From Amoeboradix gromovi X-113 (lineage: Eukaryota > Fungi > Sanchytriomycota), in the NCBI GenBank assembly GCA_018985225.1, contig JADGIF010000152.1, forward strand, positions 1 to 16,838: a DNA stretch of 16,838 nt. Reading direction: 5' to 3'. Below are positions 9,543 through 16,838 of the stretch, piece by piece (the stretch's first letter is position 1; each line of letters opens with the position of its first letter). The translations under genes were made by a program, and so were the position numbers. The notes below the pieces were generated by a model. That model did not search any database and was not told the origin of the DNA. It saw only the letters and a list, made by a program, of their open reading frames with translations.

Positions 9543-10895
9543 TTAAAATTTTATAATTTCGCCAATCATAGCTCTTAAATAATAATTTTTGGCAATTTCA
9601 GTATTCATATATAAATCAATTCTTGGGACTTCATTAATTAATTCAAAGCATTTTTTTGCTGCCTCTTTCATCTTTTCTTCTAATTGTTGTAGTTTTGTAT
9701 TTAATTTAGGCTGATTGCCTTGTGTAATTAATGCTTTGAGTATAGACCATTCTGTACTAAATGGTTTTTTAGAGAATAACTTTGAATACATTTTACCAAA
9801 ATCCCCAATGAGCTCCTTCATTGAATCATCAATTAACATATTGATGTGTTTATCAAACATGTCTACCAATGCATCTGATGTCTTTTCAAATTCAGAGTGA
9901 TCTACTTGGCCCTTGAGCTTTTTCAACATTTTAAAATATCTGAAATGGCCACCTTTATCACGACGAAAAGACTCATTGTCATTAGTACTGAACCTGACAA
10001 TCTTTCCACGAATATCAGATACACCATTTTTTGGATCCCATAGTTTTCCTGTCATTGGACTATAAAATATAGAGTTAGCAGTGAAGTCTCTTGTTTTTGT
10101 ATCCTCGTCAAATCCATAGCCTTGTAAGTATTGTAAATCTGTGTTTGGACTTAATTTTCCCTTTTCGATTCCTCCAAGATCGTCTAAATGTAGTGATTTC
10201 ATCACACCAATATCCAAGGCTTCAGGTTCTTCTTGAAAGGGCATTAATTTCATCATTCCAAAAGACTGCCGTTTCTCATCACACAGCAATGTCTCTTTTC
10301 CAAAAGCTTTACCAGATTCACTATAGATGGACTCCAATAGTCTCTTTAGCAGTACATATGGATATGAAATGCACAAATCAATATCATTTAATTTTGCGCT
10401 TGGGTTCTGAATAAGGTCACATATGGAGCCTCCAACAACAAAGACCGGTATTTCAAAACCAGTTCCATAGCTTATTCTTGGCAATAACTCCATAATCTTG
10501 AATCCACGAATTGTATTTGTGATGATTGTTTTTTGCAACGTGTCAATTGCTGATTTCAAATCATCAGTAACAAGAATAGGAGTGCATTTACCTGGCTGTG
10601 GCTGTGGCTTAAGTTCCCAATTTACTTGATCTAGCTCCTTTACTATAAAGTTATCGTAATGTTTAATTACAATTTTGCTCATATCCTCATTGTAGCCAAT
10701 GTATTCGGCTTCATATAATTTAGAATTTCTTTCTGTTATTTTAATTGTGCTATGCACTGGTAGACGCCAAATGTTTAGCTTATCAGCAATCTGATAAGTG
10801 AGTGTAACTTTGAAGTGAGTTATTTTCAATGTTACACGTCGATTTCCAGTAAGATAAATAGGGATCTGTAACCAAATATCCAATGGTTTTTCCAA
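9543..10895 (-). CDS. Class II nucleotidyltransferase (CCA-adding enzyme / poly(A) polymerase head domain), divergent; 5' end uncertain
   Basis: VFVVGGSICDLI...NDIDL (motif A, D171/D173), EDTKTRDFTANSIFY (RRDF motif), DPKNGVSDIRGKIVR, FRRDKGGHFRYFK. The listed start is TTG and the first in-frame ATG is at 10682. The frame stays open upstream to 11036, then hits TAA (11039-11037) and TGA (11084-11082). Confidence 0.85.
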   Translation of the reverse strand: MEKPLDIWLQIPIYLTGNRRVTLKITHFKVTLTYQIADKLNIWRLPVHSTIKITERNSKLYEAEYIGYNEDMSKIVIKHYDNFIVKELDQVNWELKPQPQPGKCTPILVTDDLKSAIDTLQKTIITNTIRGFKIMELLPRISYGTGFEIPVFVVGGSICDLIQNPSAKLNDIDLCISYPYVLLKRLLESIYSESGKAFGKETLLCDEKRQSFGMMKLMPFQEEPEALDIGVMKSLHLDDLGGIEKGKLSPNTDLQYLQGYGFDEDTKTRDFTANSIFYSPMTGKLWDPKNGVSDIRGKIVRFSTNDNESFRRDKGGHFRYFKMLKKLKGQVDHSEFEKTSDALVDMFDKHINMLIDDSMKELIGDFGKMYSKLFSKKPFSTEWSILKALITQGNQPKLNTKLQQLEEKMKEAAKKCFELINEVPRIDLYMNTEIAKNYYLRAMIGEIIKF

Positions 10896-11257
10896 CTCGG
10901 AAGTATTAAAATCAAACTGGCCAATAGTCGAATCACCTTCGAATCTACCAGCAACTGCTTCTTCAATATCCTTATGCCTTAAAATAATCTTGGAATCTGT
11001 ACGATTATCAATTTTTTCGACACGTGGACTACTATATTAGATCTGTATTGTTTCTCTTCTATCATTTATCTCAATAAATAATCATTGCATTGACACAAGA
11101 CTTGTATTTTCAGATAGCTTGAAGTTCCTAGATTAAGAATGTGTTTATTTTGAAATTTCGACCTACAGCGATTTGGTGTCCCAACTGATTTTCCAAATAT
11201 CTCATTAAGAAAAAAATAAACACCAATTCGTTATTTTTGTCCAATCAGGTCCCATAT

Positions 11258-11657
11258 GGGACACCAAATATAAAAACTAGACTAACTCGTTTTTAAAGGA
11301 GGTGCTCCATACGGAGGAAATGCTATCATTAATAAAAGATCTTCTTCTATTATACCAATTTTCTTTCATTAATTGTATTCCTCTTTTCAAAATAAAACTA
11401 GAAGACCCTGCATCTCGTTCAAATATATGAGGTCTTTGATCATCTCAGAGGCTTATTTGAAATAAAGATTGGATGAAAGAGTAAGAGAATAGCTGTACAG
11501 AATATTTATTTTTGAAATTTCGATACAAAAAGTTATTTATTTTCCTTTTATACTCGTCAAATCCGCAACTAGCTGAATGTCCACTCGCCTCTTAAATCCA
11601 TAAAATTAATAAAGCTGAAGTAATGAAAGTTAGTCCAGTTTTTATATTTGATGTCCC
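11258..11657. mobile_element. 400-bp MITE with 30-bp TIRs and 4-bp TSD (Sola-like)
   Basis: GGGACACCAAATATAAAAACTAGACTAACT (11258-11287) and 11628-11657 are inverted repeats with 28/30 identity. ATAT lies on both sides (11254-11257, 11658-11661). The interior is non-coding, and a second copy is at 1-153. Confidence 0.88.
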
Positions 11658-11696
11658 ATATGTAGATCATTCTCAAGCAGGGGGCGAATACGAGAC

Positions 11697-12629
11697 ATGT
11701 CCCTTTTTTTAACGTTGTTCATTACACAACATTTTTCGGAAAAGGTTGTAGAGTTCTGGGGGTTTGAACCGTGGAAAGCAACGTTGATGTTAGATCTTGA
11801 AAGCTCTGTGATACCTCTGGATGGATCGACTTATTATGATACGCTAACTGAAAGTATGCGAGGTTTACCATACTCCTATTTGTGGGAATCAATGAGGGAA
11901 GTAAAAAAAGAATCAACAGATGAGTTTGAAAATGCTGGCTCTATTTTTATGCCTGAATCACCGTCTGACTCTTTTGGTTACATTACAACTGACAACAAGT
12001 TTGTGAATTACAAACTGTTTTTAGATGACGAGGAATTAAGTTCATCAAAATTTCAACTTGATGGGGAAGTAAGCATTAATTTATTTGTTTATGCCTTTTC
12101 AAAATCAGATGAAGATTGGCGACTTCTCGTTAATAATCAACCGAGTAAGACTCCCATCACAGCAGCTGGAAAGAAACAAAATCTTATTAGTATAATACTG
12201 GATACGTTGTATGAGAACAGTGGATTTCAGCAACTGCCTGATATAATTCAAATATTGGGATATACTGAAGAGCGTACGAAATTTATTTGCGACACAACTT
12301 TTTTTGTTGAATTTGTCGGCGGTGAAACAAAGGCACTGGACACTGTAAAACCACCTATGCAATTTTATCCATATCAGTCATTTGGCTATATGTCACATGG
12401 TGTTTTTAAATCTTGTTCATTCCATACTTCTCTTGCTATGAGAAGACTTTGTAACCATAACAAGTATATATTGTATCCCATGAGACGCGGTCAATCTGTA
12501 TCTCAAGTGCAGTGGATAAGAATTAAGCTAGAGATATCTTCTGCTTGTGATCTTCAAAGCAAACCAATTAATGATAACTCAGCGGTTCAGCTAATACCAT
12601 GTATAAAATTTACGACATTGGATCAATAG
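11697..12629 (+). CDS. Hypothetical protein, 310 aa
   Basis: Long ATG-initiated ORF in AT-rich DNA with protein-like composition. No motif recognised. Confidence 0.6.
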   Translation: MSLFLTLFITQHFSEKVVEFWGFEPWKATLMLDLESSVIPLDGSTYYDTLTESMRGLPYSYLWESMREVKKESTDEFENAGSIFMPESPSDSFGYITTDNKFVNYKLFLDDEELSSSKFQLDGEVSINLFVYAFSKSDEDWRLLVNNQPSKTPITAAGKKQNLISIILDTLYENSGFQQLPDIIQILGYTEERTKFICDTTFFVEFVGGETKALDTVKPPMQFYPYQSFGYMSHGVFKSCSFHTSLAMRRLCNHNKYILYPMRRGQSVSQVQWIRIKLEISSACDLQSKPINDNSAVQLIPCIKFTTLDQ

Positions 12630-12965
12630 AGGACAGAAGTATACTACAGAATTCCGTAGTCGAGTCGGTAAACTATTAAACAGGGTTTAAGACTTGAAAT
12701 GTTAGGTTGCTATGCAGACGACCAATTTACTACCAGATGCATACGGAAATCAATAAACAATTTGTATAAAGGTTTTAATTAAGAACTGCTTTGATTAGCT
12801 TCAGGAGAGCCACAGAATTGATCTCTGATTTTTTGTAAATCCGATTCTCGACCTGTTCATTTTTTGTTCGCAATTGGTCTAAATTGCAATTAAATTAAAC
12901 GGCCTTGAGTTTGCACAATAAACAGGACTGGCGACAGCTATTCACAGCAAAGTATAATAAATCTA

Positions 12966-14399
12966 CTAGCACAAATTAATGATCTCTCCAGTCATTCCCT
13001 TGAGTTCTTGCAAATCTCCAGTTAGATCTATGACCTCATTTTGACCACCATTTTTTTTAGCAGACAAATTACCCGGCAAGTCCACAAGCTCTATAACATT
13101 GTGGTTCTCTATGACATTGCTCCAATTGCCCTGCTGATCTATTTTCACCACATCCTTATCTGTAGATCTAATTATTTCATCAACGTATTCATCGAACACT
13201 AACATGTTCAAAATTGATTTACTGTAGGATTCGTAAAACGAAGAGCTTAGTGCTTTGCTGCTTTTCGTGAACTCAAAATCACTAGTTGTAACCTTTGTGC
13301 TAATGTCTCTGTTACATACAAAACAATTGTTTTTAGTGGAGGTGCGCACGGTACACAGCGTAGATACATCAAAGCAATCGGAATGCGGACATTGCTTGAA
13401 TCTCACTGGAAACTCAATGCGATTAAGAGTTATTGGGTCTACAAGTCTGCAATCAGTTGACTCCACAGAAAAATCTTCATCCTTGTTGTTGAGCATCTTC
13501 CTAATTCTTTTTACAGATTCTTTTTTGCTCAGCTTATGATTTAAAAGAATAGCAGAATGCAAAGAGTACAAAGATTCATTTACGCCCAGAACTATGAAAA
13601 TTGAAATATTCCTTAGATCTAGTGCACGGATTATATCGGTCGCAGAAGACGGCCCTTGAAGATAAGGAGACTGGATGTTATGAGCGGTCATATTGGAACA
13701 CGATCTATATTTCACCGATATGGAATTATCACCTATTTGAAGGAATTTATCAATGTAAAAAAGATTGAATTGCATATTAGCAGATCCCAGCTCATTTTGC
13801 ATGTTGTACTTGTTTAGCACATTAGAATTGATTTCAGCGGAATAAATCTGGGAAGATCGACTCCGGATCAAAACCTTTTTATTAGCATACAATAAAGTGT
13901 ACAAATCAGTCAGCACTAACACTGTAAACCCGTACTTTTTATTCAAAAGTAGATTGTCTTGGATTACCTGGATGCTCTCAGCACTACCGTCATTTGAAAA
14001 GACTGCTGTTGTTTTTGGAATAAACACGTCCAATACTTTGATATCGTTATAGTGTAACGGCAAATCAAAGTCACATTTAGAAACATTAAACAGATGGCCA
14101 GGGAATTTTAAATAAGTGGAATCTTCAATAGTGGTTTTGGAAATATTTTCAACGGTGATAACTCCATTGTTCAGCTCCTTTTTGTATGGTTCCGCTGCCT
14201 TTTTAATAGACCGAGAGGTTTTAGGCACCCTGCCACCTCTTGAACCTCTAATGCTAGTGGACGTAGCAGTATTTTTACTTATCTGTTTTGGTGCTATTGG
14301 CCTTAAGATTACTTTAGATGCGCCTAGTTCGTCATTGTTTTGAATTGCTTGCTCTCTGATAGCATTCTGTCTGGCTTTAGCTGTATCACTGACGGACAT
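12966..14399 (-). CDS. MIZ/SP-RING zinc-finger protein (Siz/PIAS-like SUMO E3 ligase)
   Basis: LVDPITLNRIEFPVRFKQCPHSDCFD...CFVC matches the SP-RING consensus. Three C-terminal SIM-like motifs: VIELVD, EVIDLT, EIINLC. Confidence 0.85.
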   Translation of the reverse strand: MSVSDTAKARQNAIREQAIQNNDELGASKVILRPIAPKQISKNTATSTSIRGSRGGRVPKTSRSIKKAAEPYKKELNNGVITVENISKTTIEDSTYLKFPGHLFNVSKCDFDLPLHYNDIKVLDVFIPKTTAVFSNDGSAESIQVIQDNLLLNKKYGFTVLVLTDLYTLLYANKKVLIRSRSSQIYSAEINSNVLNKYNMQNELGSANMQFNLFYIDKFLQIGDNSISVKYRSCSNMTAHNIQSPYLQGPSSATDIIRALDLRNISIFIVLGVNESLYSLHSAILLNHKLSKKESVKRIRKMLNNKDEDFSVESTDCRLVDPITLNRIEFPVRFKQCPHSDCFDVSTLCTVRTSTKNNCFVCNRDISTKVTTSDFEFTKSSKALSSSFYESYSKSILNMLVFDEYVDEIIRSTDKDVVKIDQQGNWSNVIENHNVIELVDLPGNLSAKKNGGQNEVIDLTGDLQELKGMTGEIINLC

Positions 14400-14582
14400 A
14401 AATTAATACTGGTAACAAGGAGCACGTTTGATACCTCACTATTTTAATGTGTACATACTGCGATGCTGCTATAATATCCGTGTTAGTTTTATGCCTTGGA
14501 TAATCCAAAGTCTAATTCTTAACACCTGATTCATCTATCATTATGGAGATTTTATAAATTTGAATATTGCCCCTGTTATTGC

Positions 14583-15662
14583 ATGTTTGATCATTTAGTT
14601 CGTGAAAACATAAAAAGATTAAAACCATATACCTCTGCCAGACACGATATAAAAGAAGGCATTTTGCTAGACGCAAATGAAAATAGCATTGGAGACAGTA
14701 TAGGCTGTAATCTAAATCGATACCCAGACCCATTTCAACGAGAATTAAAAAAGAAAATTGCAAATTTTAGAAAAGTAGATGAATCTAATATTTTTATTGG
14801 AAACGGGTCTGATGAAGCTATAGATTTGATAATCCGTGTATTCTGTGAGCCTAAACAAGACTCCGTTCTGATTACACCACCCACTTATGGTATGTATGGT
14901 GTTCAAGCTGATATTCACGATGTTACTGTATTAAAAGCCAATCTCTTGCCTGATTTTCAGTTGGATATGGCCGAAATGCTTTCCCAAATCTCAAAGAATC
15001 CTAAAATAGTTTGGCTCTGTTCTCCAGGTAATCCTACTGGTACCTGTTTAACTAAATCCTCCATAAAGGCCGTCATTCAAGCATCTATTAATAGCATTGT
15101 GGTTATTGATGAAGCTTATATTGACTTCTGTCCATTGTCAACCTGCATTGACTTTCTATCGGAATTTGAAAATGTTGTTATTCTACAAACTTGTTCTAAA
15201 TCATTCGGGCTAGCTGGTTTACGATTAGGCATAGCTCTTGCTTCTGATTCTATTATAGCTTTTATGAACAAGATTAAGACTCCTTATAACTTATCGCAAT
15301 TAACGATTAGTCATGGTTTAAAAGCATTCTCAAAAGAAAGCATTGATAGAATGAATGAAATGACTACTCATCTTAATATAAGCAGATACAATTTCAGGGA
15401 ATGGCTTTCTCAATTCACATTTGTAAGGATTTTAGATCAAGGAAATGCCAATTTCGTACTCTGTCAGATATTGGTGGATAACAAACCAAACAATGATGTG
15501 GCGTTGAAAATGTATAAATCCCTGGTAGACGATGGTATAATCACACGGTTTAGAGGTAACGATACTAATTGTGAGGCCACATTACGCATTTCAATTGGAA
15601 ATGATCATGAAATGATAGTACTCAAATCACTGTTTGAAAAGAATTACAACTTAAATAAATGA
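14583..15662 (+). CDS. HIS5: Histidinol-phosphate aminotransferase
   Basis: LLDANEN, LNRYPDP, GNGSDEAID, PPTYGMY, CSPGNPTG, DEAYIDF, PLP-lysine motif TCSKSFGLAGLRLG, ANFVL, LRISIG. Confidence 0.96.
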   Translation: MFDHLVRENIKRLKPYTSARHDIKEGILLDANENSIGDSIGCNLNRYPDPFQRELKKKIANFRKVDESNIFIGNGSDEAIDLIIRVFCEPKQDSVLITPPTYGMYGVQADIHDVTVLKANLLPDFQLDMAEMLSQISKNPKIVWLCSPGNPTGTCLTKSSIKAVIQASINSIVVIDEAYIDFCPLSTCIDFLSEFENVVILQTCSKSFGLAGLRLGIALASDSIIAFMNKIKTPYNLSQLTISHGLKAFSKESIDRMNEMTTHLNISRYNFREWLSQFTFVRILDQGNANFVLCQILVDNKPNNDVALKMYKSLVDDGIITRFRGNDTNCEATLRISIGNDHEMIVLKSLFEKNYNLNK

Positions 15663-15663
15663 T

Positions 15664-16323
15664 TTATTGGTTATTTGTTTGCTGCTCAATCTTCTTTCTC
15701 TTGGCATAGCGTAGGCCACAGGCATTGCACAGGGTTTTAGCGCCTGTTGGGCCTTTGCGCCATTCAGGAGATTCGTTGGTGCCACACTCAGTACAGACTT
15801 TATCATCGTCAATACGTTTGTTTTTATTACCGCCATCCATTTTTTCTAACTTATCGCCATAGCGTTGCTTCAACTGCTCATTTTCGAGTTTTAATTCGAT
15901 TAAAGAATCCATCATTGTACTAATTTTGGAAGGATACTCTCTGCTTATGTTGAGAACATATTGTTTGTTTTTAATTCTAATAGGTTTTCCTCGAACTTCT
16001 AATATGATATAATCAGCCTTTTTACGTCTAAACCGATGCATTATTGAAAATTCGATGTTTATCAATAGAGACTCCTGAAGGTTGTTTGAAAGACCTCTAC
16101 CGTCATCAGGATGAACAAATTCACCTAAATAACGGCCTACCAGCTCGTTGGGTAAGAATCCTGTTACTTGGAAAGAGGAAGGGCTTGCGTAAGTAATTAC
16201 ACCACTAGGACTGACAACGTAAAGGAAGTCACTGACTTGCTCAACTAGTTGTTGAGCCCAGTCACCACTTTTTACAAATTGCATAAAGAACGTGCTCTTT
16301 GGATTGCTCTCTTCCTCTTCCAT
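15664..16323 (-). CDS. wc-2: White Collar-2-like transcription factor (PAS domain + GATA zinc finger)
   Basis: PAS region ([18 protein letters not shown]...GFLPNELVG...FVHPDD...HRFRRK), REYPSK...[14 protein letters not shown] coiled coil, and GATA finger [30 protein letters not shown]. The first ATG of the ORF is at 16323; the track's 16365 start is GTG inside a probable intron. Confidence 0.88.
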   Translation of the reverse strand: MEEEESNPKSTFFMQFVKSGDWAQQLVEQVSDFLYVVSPSGVITYASPSSFQVTGFLPNELVGRYLGEFVHPDDGRGLSNNLQESLLINIEFSIMHRFRRKKADYIILEVRGKPIRIKNKQYVLNISREYPSKISTMMDSLIELKLENEQLKQRYGDKLEKMDGGNKNKRIDDDKVCTECGTNESPEWRKGPTGAKTLCNACGLRYAKRKKIEQQTNNQ

Positions 16324-16345
16324 TGTTTTAAGTGGGGTTATGGCA

Positions 16346-16369
16346 CTATTATTAGGCCTCCTCACTTAC
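16346..16369 (-). other. Probable 24-nt intron in the 5' region of the wc-2-like gene
   Basis: GTAAGTGAGGAGGCCTAATAATAG: consensus GTAAGT donor, CTAAT branch-like site, TAG acceptor. Confidence 0.55.
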
Positions 16370-16631
16370 AACCCAGGTAGTCACAAACAATGATTTGTTT
16401 CACTAGAACCTATTGTTACTGCATTTGAGCTTGAAATGTATGGGTGTTTTTTAAGCAGATACACATACTCCATGAAAAGCTGACAGCTTGACTATTTTCT
16501 TGAATAAATCATTTATCGAGAATTTGTATATATTTGTGTATCATTTCAAGACTTTTCCAGATTTTTTTTACCTTAAACACTCGGTATTCTTCCTTTTCGC
16601 AAATGGTAAATCAATTCTAAATAATAATTAA

Positions 16632-16838
16632 CAGGTACAGCATACAAAGACGTATGATCTGATATACTTACCCTCGTTCAATACGAGCAAGGTCGCAAGA
16701 AACATGGCTACAATGTCCCATTACGCATTCAAGGAACGCTTGAAGTTCAAGTGTAAACAAAGAGGAAAGACGATGGTTGAATGTAATGAATCATTTACTA
16801 GTCAGACATGTACAAGGTGTGGTACTCTAAAGAAAACC
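16632..16838 (+). pseudogene. Fanzor2/TnpB-like nuclease C-terminal fragment, 5'-truncated, running off the window
   Basis: Frame not in the ORF track: KTYDLIYLPSFNTSKVARNMATMSHYAFKERLKFKCKQRGKTMVECNESFTSQTCTRCGTLKKT. It matches the TnpB/Fanzor pattern SHYxFxxRL...ESxTSxTCxxCG. An in-frame TAA lies at 16629-16631. Confidence 0.8.

Larger units (their letters stand above)
4483..11253. mobile_element. Putative ~6.8 kb cargo-carrying TIR DNA element (Sola-like termini)
   Basis: Left end GGGACCTGATCTGACAAAA (4483-4501) versus reverse complement of 11235-11253, GGGACCTGATTGGACAAAA: 17/19 identical. Flanks are ATAC (4479-4482) and ATAT (11254-11257). Weaker subterminal inverted similarity between ~4577-4610 and ~11133-11167. 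The boundaries enclose the decayed and foreign-looking ORFs. Confidence 0.6.

Noticed and set aside
11032-11060. Intron acceptor (CTAATATAG) supplying an upstream exon for the NTase
   Set aside because: No GT donor lies at tiny-intron distance, and the frame continues protein-like past the stop. Not excluded, but unsupported.
5130-11090. Alternative genetic code (TAA/TAG read-through) explaining interrupted frames
   Set aside because: Conserved host genes are uninterrupted and end in TAG, TAA or TGA. Internal stops are confined to the mobile region, which fits decay.
1-11657. Direct repeats 1-153 and 11521-11657 as LTRs of an RT-bearing retroelement
   Set aside because: The repeat is the end of a TIR-bounded MITE, the enclosed span includes housekeeping genes, and no gag, protease or integrase is present.
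1497-15836. Short antisense or overlapping ORFs (e.g. 1497-1733, 2402-2611, 9270-9530, 9290-9478, 9715-9900, 10091-10414, 11722-11916, 12105-12362, 13255-13539, 14116-14343, 14512-14763, 15651-15836)
   Set aside because: Shadow frames of longer, better-supported genes.

Overview
AT-rich, gene-dense eukaryotic DNA, most likely from an early-diverging fungus (inferred from a White Collar-2-like PAS+GATA gene, HIS5, ETF-QO and tiny GT-AG introns). Host genes (ETF-ubiquinone oxidoreductase, a DUF1295 membrane protein, an SP-RING/PIAS-like SUMO ligase, HIS5, WC-2-like) flank a mobile region. In that region a ~6.8 kb segment (4483-11253) is bounded by GGG...CCC inverted repeats. It holds decayed ORFs, a nested Sola-like DDE transposon relic, and two long convergent ORFs: a reverse transcriptase-like protein with the motif pattern of bacterial anti-phage Abi/DRT (UG-type) RTs but with YxDD changed to CHDN, and a class II (CCA-adding/PcnB-like) nucleotidyltransferase with an altered base-selection motif. 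A 400 bp MITE of the same transposon family abuts the segment, and another copy is cut by the window start. A Fanzor2/TnpB-like fragment runs off the right edge. All family calls come from motif recognition by eye; no searches were run.
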